A stretch of 64,000 bases of DNA, from positions 3,456,001-3,520,000 of the forward strand of contig OY969695.1 in assembly GCA_963701965.1 (NCBI GenBank), given 5' to 3'. The stretch's first letter is position 1. Each line of letters opens with the position of its first letter. Origin of the DNA: an uncultured Gemmatimonadales bacterium (lineage in GTDB: Bacteria > Gemmatimonadota > Gemmatimonadetes > Gemmatimonadales > Gemmatimonadaceae). Of the stretch, positions 35,063 through 44,855 are shown one piece after another. The notes under the pieces were generated by a model. It was not told where the DNA came from. It saw only the letters and a program-made list of their open reading frames with translations, and did not search any database. The translations under genes and the position numbers were made by a program.

Positions 35063-35872
35063 ATGCAGACGACGACGATCAGACACCCCATGCTGCAGTC
35101 GACGGTGCTGGCGCCCAAGACGCACGCCGCCGCCGCGAGCGCGCCGGCCAACGGCACGACGCCCAATGCCGGCACCAATGGTACCGGCGGCACGGGCAGC
35201 ACGTCGAATACCAATGCCGCCACGGGCTCGAGCGCCGACGCGACCGGGAATCCGAACGCGACGCTCAACGAGTCGGACTTCATCACCCTGCTCGTGACGC
35301 AGCTCCAAAACCAGGACCCATTGAACACGGTCCCGCCCGACCAGCTCGCGTCCGAGCTGGCCCAGTTCACGAGCGTCTCCGAGCTCCAGCAGCTCAACTC
35401 GCAGTTCGCCAATCAGGTCACCGCCACGAACTCGAACACCGCGGCGGTGCAAGCCAGCTTGGGCGAATCGCTCATCGGCCGCCAGGTGATCGGCACGGGC
35501 AACCAGGTCGACGTCAGCGGCAACACCACGAGCGTGATCGCCGACATCGGCGGTTCCGGCGGCGTCGCCTCGCTCACGCTGTCCGATGGCAACGGCAACA
35601 CGGTCGGCACGTTCCCCTTGGGTCCCGTGCAGGCCGGGCGTCAGGTCCTGTCGTTCCCAACCAACGGCGTCAAGGCCGGTCCGTACACCTACGCCCTCAA
35701 GGTCACCGACCCGTCGGGTAACTCCGTTTCGTCGACGACCTACATGGCCGGTACGGTCAACGGCGTCGACCTCTCCAACGGCGCGCCAACGCTCGACTTG
35801 GGCGATCTGACGTTGCCGATCAGCAATCTCATTGAAGTGCTCCCCGTTCAAGCCGCAGCGAACTCCAACTAA
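35063..35872 (+). CDS. flgD: Hook cap FlgD
   Basis: DFITLLVTQLQNQDPL...ELAQFTSV. Confidence 0.92.
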   Translation: MQTTTIRHPMLQSTVLAPKTHAAAASAPANGTTPNAGTNGTGGTGSTSNTNAATGSSADATGNPNATLNESDFITLLVTQLQNQDPLNTVPPDQLASELAQFTSVSELQQLNSQFANQVTATNSNTAAVQASLGESLIGRQVIGTGNQVDVSGNTTSVIADIGGSGGVASLTLSDGNGNTVGTFPLGPVQAGRQVLSFPTNGVKAGPYTYALKVTDPSGNSVSSTTYMAGTVNGVDLSNGAPTLDLGDLTLPISNLIEVLPVQAAANSN

Positions 35873-35886
35873 GAGGCTTTTCCCTT

Positions 35887-37151
35887 ATGATGCCCGCTCT
35901 CTACTCGGCCGTGTCCGGGTTGACCAACGAACAAACCGCTATGGACGTGATCGGTAACAACATCGCCAACGTCAATACGGTGGCGTTCAAGGCGTCGCGC
36001 ACGACGTTCAAGGAAGCGTTCTCGCAGCTGCTCCAGGGCGCCGGTCAGCCCAACGGCAACATCGGCGGCACCGATCCGGTGCAGATCGGATCCGGCATGG
36101 ACCTGGGTAGCGTCGACCAGCTGTTCACGCAAGGGACGATGCAGAACACCGGCGTCAATACCGACCTCGCGATCCAGGGCAACAGCTTCTTCGTGCTCAA
36201 GAACGGCGAGCAGGATCTCTACACCCGCGCGGGGAATTTCCAGTTCGACGCCAATGGCAACCTCGTGGCGCCGGACAGTGGCTTCATTGTTCAAGGCATC
36301 AATGCCGATACCGCCGGCAACTTCTCGGCAAACGCCGCGATCGGGGACATCACGATCGCGCAGGGCCAGCAGACGCCGGCCAAGGCGACGGCCAACGTCA
36401 CGTTGACCGGGAACCTCGATCAGGGCGCGGCGGCTGGCACCACGACCAGATGGGCATCACCGTGTTCGACTCGGCCGGTGGGCCGCACAACATGGATTTG
36501 ACGTTCACGGCGACGGCCACGCCGGGCAGTTGGACGTGGGCCGCCACCGACGGTGACACCCCGCCGACGGCGACCATTACGGCCGGTGGCACGGGCACGG
36601 CGACGTTCAGCCCCACGGGGTCGCTGGCCACGTTCACCGGCGGTCAGCCGATGACGATCACGCCGAGCGGCGGTGGCGCGGCGTTCAACGTCACGGTCAA
36701 TCCCGGCGCCGTCAACGGCATCAGTGGTCTGGCGGGCTTCGCCGCGACGTCGAACGCGGTCATCAGCGCGCAGGACGGCTTTCAGGCGGGCAAGCTCTCG
36801 AGCATCAGCATCAACTCGAGCGGCGTGATCAGCGGCACATTCACCAACGGCGTGACGCGCGACCTGGCGCAGATCGCCCTGGCGCAATTCAACAATCCCT
36901 CGGGATTGGTGCAGAGCGGGAACAACACGTACGAGCAGTCGTCCAACTCCGGCACCGGCGTCATTGGGTTCGCCGGCATCAGTGACCCGTCGAGCATTAC
37001 GGCGGGTGCGCTCGAGAACTCGAACGTCGACATCAGCACCGAGTTCACGAACATGATCGTGTCGGAGCGCGGCTTCCAAGCCAACGCCCAGGTCATCACC
37101 ACGGCCAATACGATGCTCCAGACCCTGGTGAACCTGACCGGGCCGGCGTAA
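35887..37151 (+). CDS. flgE: Hook protein FlgE with apparent -1 frameshift near 36445
   Basis: DVIGNNIANVNTVAFK, YTRAGNF, LTGNLD, then ITVFDSAG...LENSNVDISTEFTNMIVSERGFQANA in another frame. Confidence 0.9.
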
Positions 37152-37159
37152 GGCCAGGG

Positions 37160-37207
37160 GTTTGCCGGGGCGGCAAAGCTCGACCGCGCCCCGGCAAACT
37201 CTTCCCG
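37160..37207 (+). promoter_or_regulatory. 13-bp perfect inverted repeat after flgE overlapping two ftr-like boxes
   Basis: GTTTGCCGGGGCG...CGCCCCGGCAAAC. Boxes CGGCAAAGCTCGACCG and CGGCAAACTCTTCCCG lie 112 and 91 bp upstream of the -24 GG. Confidence 0.6.
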
Positions 37208-37240
37208 GTCTCCCCCCGGGTCGAACCGGGGCTGTAAGCA

Positions 37241-37252
37241 TAAGTTGTTGAT
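37241..37252 (+). promoter_or_regulatory. IHF-binding consensus site
   Basis: TAAGTTGTTGAT matches TAAnnnnTTGAT, between the enhancer boxes and the sigma54 promoter. Confidence 0.7.
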
Positions 37253-37280
37253 ATTCAAGCATTTATACTTCCGGCCGAGG

Positions 37281-37297
37281 TTGGTATGACCGTTGCC
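37281..37297 (+). promoter_or_regulatory. sigma54 promoter for the fliL operon
   Basis: TTGGTATGACCGTTGC (GG-N10-GC). Confidence 0.75.
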
Positions 37298-37310
37298 TTA
37301 GGCACCGGTC

Positions 37311-37850
37311 ATGAGCAACGAACCCGAACCGGCCGAAGCAGCAGCTCCGGAAGCTCAAGCCCCGGCCAAGCGCAGCGGAAGTCTCCTCCTCGTCGTCGCC
37401 GGTCTGGTCGGCGGCGTGCTCGGGGGCGGTGTGGGCGGTGTGGTCCTCGCCCCTCGCATGGTCGGCAAGACCCCCGCGAGCGCCGAAGCGGCCCAATCAG
37501 GCAAAAGCGGAAAAAGCGAAAAGGGTGAGAAGAAGGGCACCCCGGCGGCCGACCGCGTGTTCCGCATCGACAACGTGATCGTGAACCCGGCGGGTTCCGA
37601 AGGCACGCGGTTTCTCATGACGTCGGTCGCGTTCGAGGTCAGTGACGAGGTGGCCGAGTCGGCGCTCAAGGCCCACGAGCTCGAGCTGCGCGACCTGGTG
37701 GTCGGCAAGCTCCTGACGATGACCATGCCGATGTTGACGGCCCCGCATGCCCGCGACTCGCTCAAGATCGCGCTGGCCCAGGCCGCGCGGCAGTTCGTCG
37801 GGCCCACGGGCGATATCGCCGTCTACCTCCCGCAATTCGTGATTCAGTAA
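37311..37850 (+). CDS. fliL: FliL
   Basis: TM segment, IVNPAGSEGTRFL, LRDLVV, VYLPQFVIQ. Confidence 0.88.
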   Translation: MSNEPEPAEAAAPEAQAPAKRSGSLLLVVAGLVGGVLGGGVGGVVLAPRMVGKTPASAEAAQSGKSGKSEKGEKKGTPAADRVFRIDNVIVNPAGSEGTRFLMTSVAFEVSDEVAESALKAHELELRDLVVGKLLTMTMPMLTAPHARDSLKIALAQAARQFVGPTGDIAVYLPQFVIQ

Positions 37851-37851
37851 C

Positions 37852-38860
37852 GTGGTCAACTTCATCGATCAGCAGAAGGACATCGACTCGATCCTCAAGG
37901 GCGCGTCGGTCGCGGCCCGTGCGACCGCGCCGCCGGTCGATGCGCAGCCGTACAACTTTCTGCGCCCCCACCGGATCTCCAAGGATCGCCGGAACGCGCT
38001 CAACGCGATCTATCAGCGGTTTTGCTTCTCGCTGCAGACGCTGCTCACGTCGCGGTTCCGCCAAGCGACCGACGCGGTCGTCGCCGGCGTCGAGCAAGCG
38101 ACGTTCGCCGAATTCATCATGTCGCTGGGCACGCCCTGCGCGGCGTTCGTGTTCGACCTGGGCGACGGCAGCGGCATCCTCGGCGTGTGCGATCTCGGGA
38201 CGGAGCTGGCCTTTCGGTTGATCGATCGCATGTTCGGCGGGCCGGGGACGACGCGCGATATCGCGCGGCCGCCGACCCAGCTCGAGCAGCTCGTGCTCAA
38301 GGGCGTGGTCGACTACGTCCTGCAGGCGCTGGGGAACGCGTGGCAGGAATACCTCCCCTTCCGGCCGATCCAGATCGCCTTCGACGCCACGCCCGAGCAT
38401 TCTGGCGGTCGCCAATCGCGAAGACAGCGTGCTGGTGGCCAATATCGACGTCAAGACGGCGGGGTTCAGCGCGCCGGTGACGGTCTGCATTCCGCTGCAA
38501 GCGCTCGAGTCGTTCCTGCAGGAAAAGCGCTCGATGATCACGCGCGTGGGCCAGCACGAGGCGCAGAACCGCGCCGCCGTGCGGGCCGACGTCGAAGCGG
38601 CGATCCGGCGGGCGCGGGTCATGGTCGCGGCGCGATTTCCGACGTTCGGGTTACCCGCGCGTAGCCTCGTCGGCCTCTCGGCCGGCCAAGTCATCGAGAC
38701 CGGTCTCCCGCTCGATGTGCCCGCCGAAGTGTTGGTCAGCGGGCGCGTGCGGTTTCTCGGCAATGCTGGACAAGTCCGCCGGAATGCCGGCGTCCGGATT
38801 CTCCAATCGGCTCAGGGCGAACGGTCCGGAGCCACTACGCGCGTGCGCGCGAGGATTCTC
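37852..38860 (+). CDS. fliM: FliM with apparent +1 frameshift near 38398; no stop codon before fliN
   Basis: QKDIDSIL CheY-binding peptide, PYNFLRPHRISKD, IDRMFGG, PTQLE; the SpoA domain follows in the shifted frame. Confidence 0.85.
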
Positions 38861-39211
38861 ATGAACTACCCCAATTCCGATCAGAACAGCGATCCGGCGT
38901 TCGACCAAATCGATGTCGCGCCGCTGGCCGAGCTGGGCGCGTCGGCGGGCAACGGCGGCGTGCAGACGCTCGACGCGCTGCTCGACGTCAACCTGCCGGT
39001 CACGATCGAGTTCGGGCGGACCGCCATGGTCGTGCAAGAGGTGCTGGGCTTGGGACCAGGATCGGTGATCCAGCTGAGCCGCATGGTCGGCGAGCCGGTC
39101 GACGTCTATGTCGCCGACCGCAAGTTCGCCGAGGGCGAAGTCGTGGTCGTCGGCGAGCACTTCGGCGTCCGTATCATCCGCATTCTTCCCGCTAGCGATC
39201 AACAGGCTTGA
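38861..39211 (+). CDS. fliN: FliN (in frame with the FliM C-terminus)
   Basis: GAGGA RBS before ATG 38861; LLDVNLPVTIEFGRT, GEVVVVGEHFGVRI. Confidence 0.88.
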   Translation: MNYPNSDQNSDPAFDQIDVAPLAELGASAGNGGVQTLDALLDVNLPVTIEFGRTAMVVQEVLGLGPGSVIQLSRMVGEPVDVYVADRKFAEGEVVVVGEHFGVRIIRILPASDQQA

Positions 39212-40614
39212 GCGGTTTCTCCATGTTCTCGATGCTCGCCGCGTTCGCGGTCACGATCGGTCTGCTCTTTCTCACGCTCCACCTGCTCCGGCGGCTCAAC
39301 GGCTCGGCCGGCGCACGGGGGCGCGTGCCCATGACCATGATCCAGCGCGTGGCGACCGGGCCCAAACAGAGTGTCGGGCTCCTGCGCGTTGGCGATCGTG
39401 TGCTCGTCGTGTCGCTGGCGGAGCGCGGGACCACGTTGCTCACCGAGCTGTCGGGCGACGCGTTGCGTGACGCCATCGCCGAGGCGCCCGCGGCCACGCC
39501 GGCTCAGCGGGTTGCGCCGTTCCGGTTGGCGCTTGGCAAGGCCATGGGATTCGCGCGGGTTGGGACGCTCGCTCTTGTAATGAGTGTCGGCGCGCACGCC
39601 GCGCGTGCGCAGGCGCCTGCTCCCGCTCCCGCGCCCAAGGCCGGCGCGAACGCCCCAGCGAACGCGACAGCGAACGCGACAGCGAACGCCCCGGCAACGC
39701 CGGCTCCCGCAACGCCGGCTCCCGCGACGCCGGCTGCCCCGGGCTTCCGCACCGGGACGCGCTTGTCGCCGAGCGCCGCGCGAGCGGCGTTATCGGCAGC
39801 GCTGGCGGCGCCGCAGGCGCCGACAGCGCCGACGATCCAGGCGACAATCCCGATCCAGCCGATCGCCCCACGCCCCGGCAAACAAGCCATCGGCGCCCGC
39901 GGCCCCACGCTGCCGGTCCCGAGCGTCAGCGGCCCGGCGAGCCCCAAGGTCGACTTCAACATCGGCCAGGGCGACAGCCAGCTCAAGCTGACGGGCACCG
40001 TCGGCCTCGTCGTCTTCCTGGGCGCGATGACGGTGCTGCCCGCGCTCTTCTTGTTGATGACGAGCTTCACCCGCGTGCTGATCGTCTTGCATTTCCTGCG
40101 GTCGGCGCTCGGCACCCAAACCGCGCCCCCCAGCCAGCTGCTCGTCGCGCTCTCCGTCCTCCTGACGGGCGTGATCATGCACCCGGTCCTCGACCGCGTC
40201 ACCGCCGACGCACTCACGCCGTACTTCGACGGCCGCCTGTCCCAGGTCGAGGCCTACAACAAGGGCGTGCTCCCGTTCCGCGAATTCATGCTGGCGAACG
40301 TCCGCGAGAGCGATATCGCCTCATTCGCCGACATGAGCGGCATCACCAATGTGAAGTCGGTCGACGATCTCCCCACCGTGACCATTGTCGCCGCGTTCGT
40401 CACCAGCGAGCTCCGGACGTCCTTCCAGATGGGCTTCGCGATCTTCCTGCCATTCATCGTGGTCGACATGATCGTCGCCTCGGTGCTCATGAGCATGGGG
40501 ATGATGATGCTCCCGCCGGCCATGGTGTCGCTGCCATTCAAGTTGCTGCTCTTCGTGCTCGCCGATGGATGGACGCTCGTGATCCGCAACCTCGTCGCCA
40601 GCTTCAAGGTCTAG
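39208..40614 (+). CDS. fliP: FliO-FliP fusion protein
   Basis: N-terminal FliO-like TM and GPKQSVGLLRVGDRVLVV; Pro/Ala linker; FliP motifs MTSFTRVLIV and MMMLPPAMVSLPFKLLLFVLADGW. Confidence 0.88.
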   Translation: MSGFSMFSMLAAFAVTIGLLFLTLHLLRRLNGSAGARGRVPMTMIQRVATGPKQSVGLLRVGDRVLVVSLAERGTTLLTELSGDALRDAIAEAPAATPAQRVAPFRLALGKAMGFARVGTLALVMSVGAHAARAQAPAPAPAPKAGANAPANATANATANAPATPAPATPAPATPAAPGFRTGTRLSPSAARAALSAALAAPQAPTAPTIQATIPIQPIAPRPGKQAIGARGPTLPVPSVSGPASPKVDFNIGQGDSQLKLTGTVGLVVFLGAMTVLPALFLLMTSFTRVLIVLHFLRSALGTQTAPPSQLLVALSVLLTGVIMHPVLDRVTADALTPYFDGRLSQVEAYNKGVLPFREFMLANVRESDIASFADMSGITNVKSVDDLPTVTIVAAFVTSELRTSFQMGFAIFLPFIVVDMIVASVLMSMGMMMLPPAMVSLPFKLLLFVLADGWTLVIRNLVASFKV

Positions 40615-40618
40615 CCCA

Positions 40619-40888
40619 ATGACTCCCATCATGGCGATCGAGCTGGTGCGCCGCGCCGTCACGCTGACCCTGATGATCGCGGGTCCGCTGCTGGTGACAG
40701 GTCTGCTCGTCGGGATCGTCGTTGGCCTGATCCAGGCCGTCACCCAGATCCAGGAACAGACCCTGACGTTCATCCCCAAGGCCGCGGCCGTGAGCGTCGT
40801 GCTCCTGCTGCTCCTGCCCTGGATGCTGCGCCAACTGATCGAGTACCTGATCGAAGTGATGCGCTCGCTCCCGATGCTCGCCGGATGA
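40619..40888 (+). CDS. fliQ: FliQ
   Basis: QAVTQIQEQTLTFIPK. Confidence 0.95.
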   Translation: MTPIMAIELVRRAVTLTLMIAGPLLVTGLLVGIVVGLIQAVTQIQEQTLTFIPKAAAVSVVLLLLLPWMLRQLIEYLIEVMRSLPMLAG

Positions 40889-41682
40889 TGGCGCCGTCCC
40901 TGATCGACGGTCTGGCACCCGAACGGTGGCCGACGCTCGTCATCGTCGGTGGCCGTTTCGCGGGCCTCATGTTCATCGACCCCTTGTGGGGCATGACAGA
41001 CATGCCGGGATCCCTGCGCGCCGCCCTCGTCGCACTGTTCGCGCTGGCGGTGCTCCCGGGCGTGCACACGCTCAGCGTCGCCGCCGACGTCGGGAGCCTG
41101 GTCGCGCCGCTGGCGACCGAGGTCATGCTCGGCGTCGCGATCGGCCTGACCGCCGCGATCTTCCTCTCCGCCTTCTCGCTCGCCGGCCAGATCGCCTCGG
41201 CACAGATGGGACTCAACGTCTCGGCCACGATCACGGGTTCGCCCGATGACACCATGGGCGGTATCGGCGAGTTGGAGCGCCGGTTCGCCACCACGATCTA
41301 CGTCGCGCTCGGCGGCCACATCGTGCTGCTCACCGGCGTGGCCCACAGCCTGTCCGTGATCCCGCCCGGCTCGGTGATCAACATCGCCGAGGGCGGACGA
41401 ACGGTCATGGTGCTCGCCGGTACGATCTTCACCACCGCGGCCCGCATCGCCGCGCCCGTCCTGGCCACGCTGCTGTTGGCGCACCTGGTCGTCGCCGTCC
41501 TGGCCCGCGCCGTGCCCCAGCTGCAGTCGTTTGCCGTCGCGTTTCCGATCACGATCGGCTTGGGCTTCATCGTGTTGGGCGCCGTGCTGCCTTTCTTCGC
41601 GTCGCTGGTCGCCGACACGGTGCGCTGGATGCCCCACACGATCTCCGATCTCCTCAACGCCTTCGCCACACCGGGGCACTGA
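40885..41682 (+). CDS. fliR: FliR
   Basis: Hydrophobic; AGQIASAQMG, RAVPQLQSFAVAFP. Confidence 0.9.
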   Translation: MMAPSLIDGLAPERWPTLVIVGGRFAGLMFIDPLWGMTDMPGSLRAALVALFALAVLPGVHTLSVAADVGSLVAPLATEVMLGVAIGLTAAIFLSAFSLAGQIASAQMGLNVSATITGSPDDTMGGIGELERRFATTIYVALGGHIVLLTGVAHSLSVIPPGSVINIAEGGRTVMVLAGTIFTTAARIAAPVLATLLLAHLVVAVLARAVPQLQSFAVAFPITIGLGFIVLGAVLPFFASLVADTVRWMPHTISDLLNAFATPGH

Positions 41683-41685
41683 GCC

Positions 41686-42771
41686 ATGGCGACCAACGGC
41701 GGCGACGAATCGTCCGGCGACAAGACCGAACGCGCCACCCCGCGGCGCCGCCAGGAGGCGGAACGCGAGGGGCGCATTCCGCGGAGCCGCGAGTTGTCCG
41801 GCGCCGCCGTCCTGGTGGCGGCCACGGTCACGCTCGGCTCGGCCGGCGCCGCGGCCATTGGCCGCGAGACCACGCAGATCCTCCGCGCGAACATCGGCGG
41901 GATGACCGCCGAGCCGATGCCCGTGAGCGGCGCCGTGTCCATGCTCCAGACGACCGGATACCACATGCTCCTCGGCCTCGCGCCGTTCCTGCTCGTGGTG
42001 ACGGCCACCGCCGTGGTCATCAACGCCGTGCAGGCCCGTGGAATCATTTCGTTCGAGCGCATCACCCCCAAACTCTCCAATCTCGATCCGCGCCAAGGGT
42101 TGAAACGCATTATCGGGCTCCAAGGGGCGTTCACCCTGGTGAAATCGCTGGCCAAGCTCATCGTGCTCGGCTGCGTCGCCTGGGTGACCCTGCATGGCGC
42201 CTGGCCGCAGCTGACGGGGCTGGCCGCGGCCGACATCACGGCCACGATCGTCGTGTTGCGCACGCTGTCGATGCGTCTCGTCTTCCACGTCGGCCTGGCC
42301 TATCTGGTGATCGCCGCCGGCGACTACGCGTTCGAGGTCTACCGGTTCGAGCAGGATATCCGGATGTCCAAACAGGACATCAAGCGGGAGTACAAGGAGA
42401 GCGACGGCGACCCGATGATCAAGGGCCGTATCCGGGCGCTCATGCGCGCCTTGAGCCGGAAGCGCATGTTGCACGCCGTCGCCAAGGCCGACGTGGTGAT
42501 CACCAACCCGACGCACATCGCCGTGGCACTCAAGTACGACACCGCGGTGGCTTCGGCGCCGATCGTCGTCGCCATCGGCGAACGCAAGCTGGCGGAACGG
42601 ATCAAGTGGATCGCGCGCCAGCACAGCGTGCCCTGTATCGAGAACAAACCGCTGGCCCGGGCGCTCAAGGCGACCGCGGTCGTCGGCTATCCGATTCCGG
42701 CGGCGCTGTACGCCGCGGTCGCTGAAGTCCTGGCCTGGGTGTACAAGCGCCGCGCCGTGGGGATCGCATGA
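41686..42771 (+). CDS. flhB: FlhB
   Basis: KTERATPRR, ESDGDP, NPTH autocleavage motif. Confidence 0.95.
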   Translation: MATNGGDESSGDKTERATPRRRQEAEREGRIPRSRELSGAAVLVAATVTLGSAGAAAIGRETTQILRANIGGMTAEPMPVSGAVSMLQTTGYHMLLGLAPFLLVVTATAVVINAVQARGIISFERITPKLSNLDPRQGLKRIIGLQGAFTLVKSLAKLIVLGCVAWVTLHGAWPQLTGLAAADITATIVVLRTLSMRLVFHVGLAYLVIAAGDYAFEVYRFEQDIRMSKQDIKREYKESDGDPMIKGRIRALMRALSRKRMLHAVAKADVVITNPTHIAVALKYDTAVASAPIVVAIGERKLAERIKWIARQHSVPCIENKPLARALKATAVVGYPIPAALYAAVAEVLAWVYKRRAVGIA

Positions 42772-44855
42772 CGACGGCCGCGCTGCCGATTCCGCCGCGC
42801 CGGCTCGCCGTCGGCGCGCTCTCCGCCGAAACCTGGCTGGCGATCGCGGTCGTGACGGTGGTGGGCCTGTTGGTCCTGCCACTGCCGCCCCTGGCGCTCG
42901 ATGCCATGCTGGCGCTCAGTATCGCGCTCTCCATCGTCGTGTTGCTGGTCACGGTCTCGACGCGCGACCCGCTCGACTTCAGCATCTTCCCCAGCCTCCT
43001 GCTGTTGCTGACGTTGTTCCGGTTGGGCCTCAACGTCGCCACGACGCGCCTCATCCTCGGGCGGGGACAGGCCGGGCACGTGATCGCCGCATTCGGCAAC
43101 GCGGTGGTCGGTGGGAACTATGTTGTCGGCCTCGTGATCTTCCTGATCCTGATCGTGATCAACTTCATGGTGATCACGAAGGGCGCCGGGCGCATCGCTG
43201 AAGTGGCGGCGCGGTTCACGTTGGACGCGATGCCCGGGCGGCAGATGAGTATCGACGCCGATCTCTCGGCGGGCATCATCGATGAGAACGAGGCGCGCCG
43301 GCGACGCGAGCAGATCGCGCGGTACGCCGACTTTTACGGCGCCATGGACGGCGCCGCCAAGTTCGTCCGCGGCGACGCCGTGGCCGGTCTCATCATCACG
43401 ATCATCAATCTGGTCGGTGGCTTCGTGATCGGCATGGCGCAGCTGGGCATGAGCGCGTCGGAGTCGGCCCAGACGTTCTCGTCCTTGTCGGTCGGCGACG
43501 GTCTGGTGACGCAGATTCCGGCGCTCATCGTCAGCACGGCGGCCGGCATCATCGTCACCTACGGCTCGTCGAGCCCCAGCGTCGGGCCGGCGATCGCCGC
43601 GCAGCTTACGCGATATCCGCGGGCCATGTGGATCGCGTCGGGCATTCTGGCGCTATTGTCGGTGGCTCCGGGGTTTCCGTTTGCGCCGTTCATGCTGCTG
43701 GCGGTGGCCACGGCCGCGGTCGGGCGCTTCTCGGCGAGACGGAGCCGGGAAGCGATCGCGGAGGCCGAGGCGCCCGCGGCGCCGCCGCCGCCCGCGGAGA
43801 CCGCGGGGCAGCAGGTGAAAGAGGCGATGAAGGTCGAGCCGTTGGAGTTGGAGATTGGCTATGCGCTGGTGCCGATCGTCAACGGCGCGCAGGGCGATCT
43901 CCTGCAGCGCATCGCGCTCATGCGCAAACAGCTCGCGGTCGATCTCGGCATCGTGGTTCCGTCAGTGCGCATTCGGGACAACATCCAGCTGCCGTCTACC
44001 GGGTATGCGATCAAGCTCCGCGGCGTCAAAGCCGCTGGCGGCGAGCTGATGTCGCATCACTTGCTGGCGCTCGACACGACGGGCATGGCCCGCGCGATCG
44101 AAGGCGTGCCGACGAAAGATCCCAGTTTTGGCATTCCCGCGGTGTGGATTCGGCCGGAGAGCCGGCTGGAGGCGGAAGGGCGGGGGTTCAGTGTCGTCGA
44201 GCCCGCGGTCGTGTTGTCGACGCATCTCATGGAGTCGATCCGCCGGCATGCGTCGGAGTTGCTCACGCGGCAGAATGTGCGCGAGCTGCTGGATACGCTC
44301 AAAGAGACCAATCCGGTGCTGGTCGACAATGTCGCGGCCAAGCTGTCGCTGGGCATCGTCCATCGGGTCCTGCAACGGTTGCTCAAGGAAGGGGTGCCGG
44401 TCCGCGATCTCGTCATCATCCTCGAGACGCTGTCGGACGCGGGCGATCAGGCGAAAGACCCCGAGGCGCTGACCGAGCATGTCCGCCGGGCGCTGGGCGG
44501 GGTCATCGCCCACCAGTACGCCGATGTCGACGGCGTGATCCGTGGCATCACCATCGGGCCCAAGCTGGAATCGGCGCTCATGACGCTGTTCACCGCGCGG
44601 CCGACGCGCGAGTCGGTGAAGGCGCTGGAGCCCGATGACATCGCGGCGGCGCTCCGGGCGTTGGCGGATACGGCAGCGCGGACGAAACGCGATGGCCAGT
44701 ATCGGCCGCTGGTCACGCCGCCGGCGCTCCGCGTCGGCGTGCGGCGGCTGGTCGAACCCGTGCTGCCGCTCCTACCCGTACTCTCGCTCGGCGAACTGCC
44801 GGCGCAGACGATCATCAATCCGGTTGCCACCTGGGAAGTGAGCCGTGTCGCTTAG
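42768..44855 (+). CDS. flhA: FlhA
   Basis: RIAEVAARFTLDAMPGRQMSIDADL, FYGAMDGAAKFVRGDA. Confidence 0.96.
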   Translation: MTTAALPIPPRRLAVGALSAETWLAIAVVTVVGLLVLPLPPLALDAMLALSIALSIVVLLVTVSTRDPLDFSIFPSLLLLLTLFRLGLNVATTRLILGRGQAGHVIAAFGNAVVGGNYVVGLVIFLILIVINFMVITKGAGRIAEVAARFTLDAMPGRQMSIDADLSAGIIDENEARRRREQIARYADFYGAMDGAAKFVRGDAVAGLIITIINLVGGFVIGMAQLGMSASESAQTFSSLSVGDGLVTQIPALIVSTAAGIIVTYGSSSPSVGPAIAAQLTRYPRAMWIASGILALLSVAPGFPFAPFMLLAVATAAVGRFSARRSREAIAEAEAPAAPPPPAETAGQQVKEAMKVEPLELEIGYALVPIVNGAQGDLLQRIALMRKQLAVDLGIVVPSVRIRDNIQLPSTGYAIKLRGVKAAGGELMSHHLLALDTTGMARAIEGVPTKDPSFGIPAVWIRPESRLEAEGRGFSVVEPAVVLSTHLMESIRRHASELLTRQNVRELLDTLKETNPVLVDNVAAKLSLGIVHRVLQRLLKEGVPVRDLVIILETLSDAGDQAKDPEALTEHVRRALGGVIAHQYADVDGVIRGITIGPKLESALMTLFTARPTRESVKALEPDDIAAALRALADTAARTKRDGQYRPLVTPPALRVGVRRLVEPVLPLLPVLSLGELPAQTIINPVATWEVSRVA

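Noticed and set aside
29377..38860. Calling fliG, flgE and fliM pseudogenes or programmed frameshifts
   Set aside because: No slippery heptamers or long homopolymers at the sites and no other decay; sequencing error is more parsimonious.
39640..39740. Short tandem repeats here, and in fliK and flhF, as possible CRISPR arrays
   Set aside because: In-frame coding repeats of 12-15 bp with no spacers and no cas genes.
40321..42882. Long antisense or alternate-frame ORFs (853 aa here; also 16877-18694, 28456-30222, 59302-61059, 60755-62518, 61941-63830)
   Set aside because: Shadow ORFs of high-GC coding regions opposite well-identified genes; no recognisable motifs.
43620..44450. Stretch of flhA (and flgI near 52000-52300) that looks more G/T-rich than its surroundings
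   Set aside because: Cannot be quantified by eye and reading frames are intact, so there is no support for a recombination patch.
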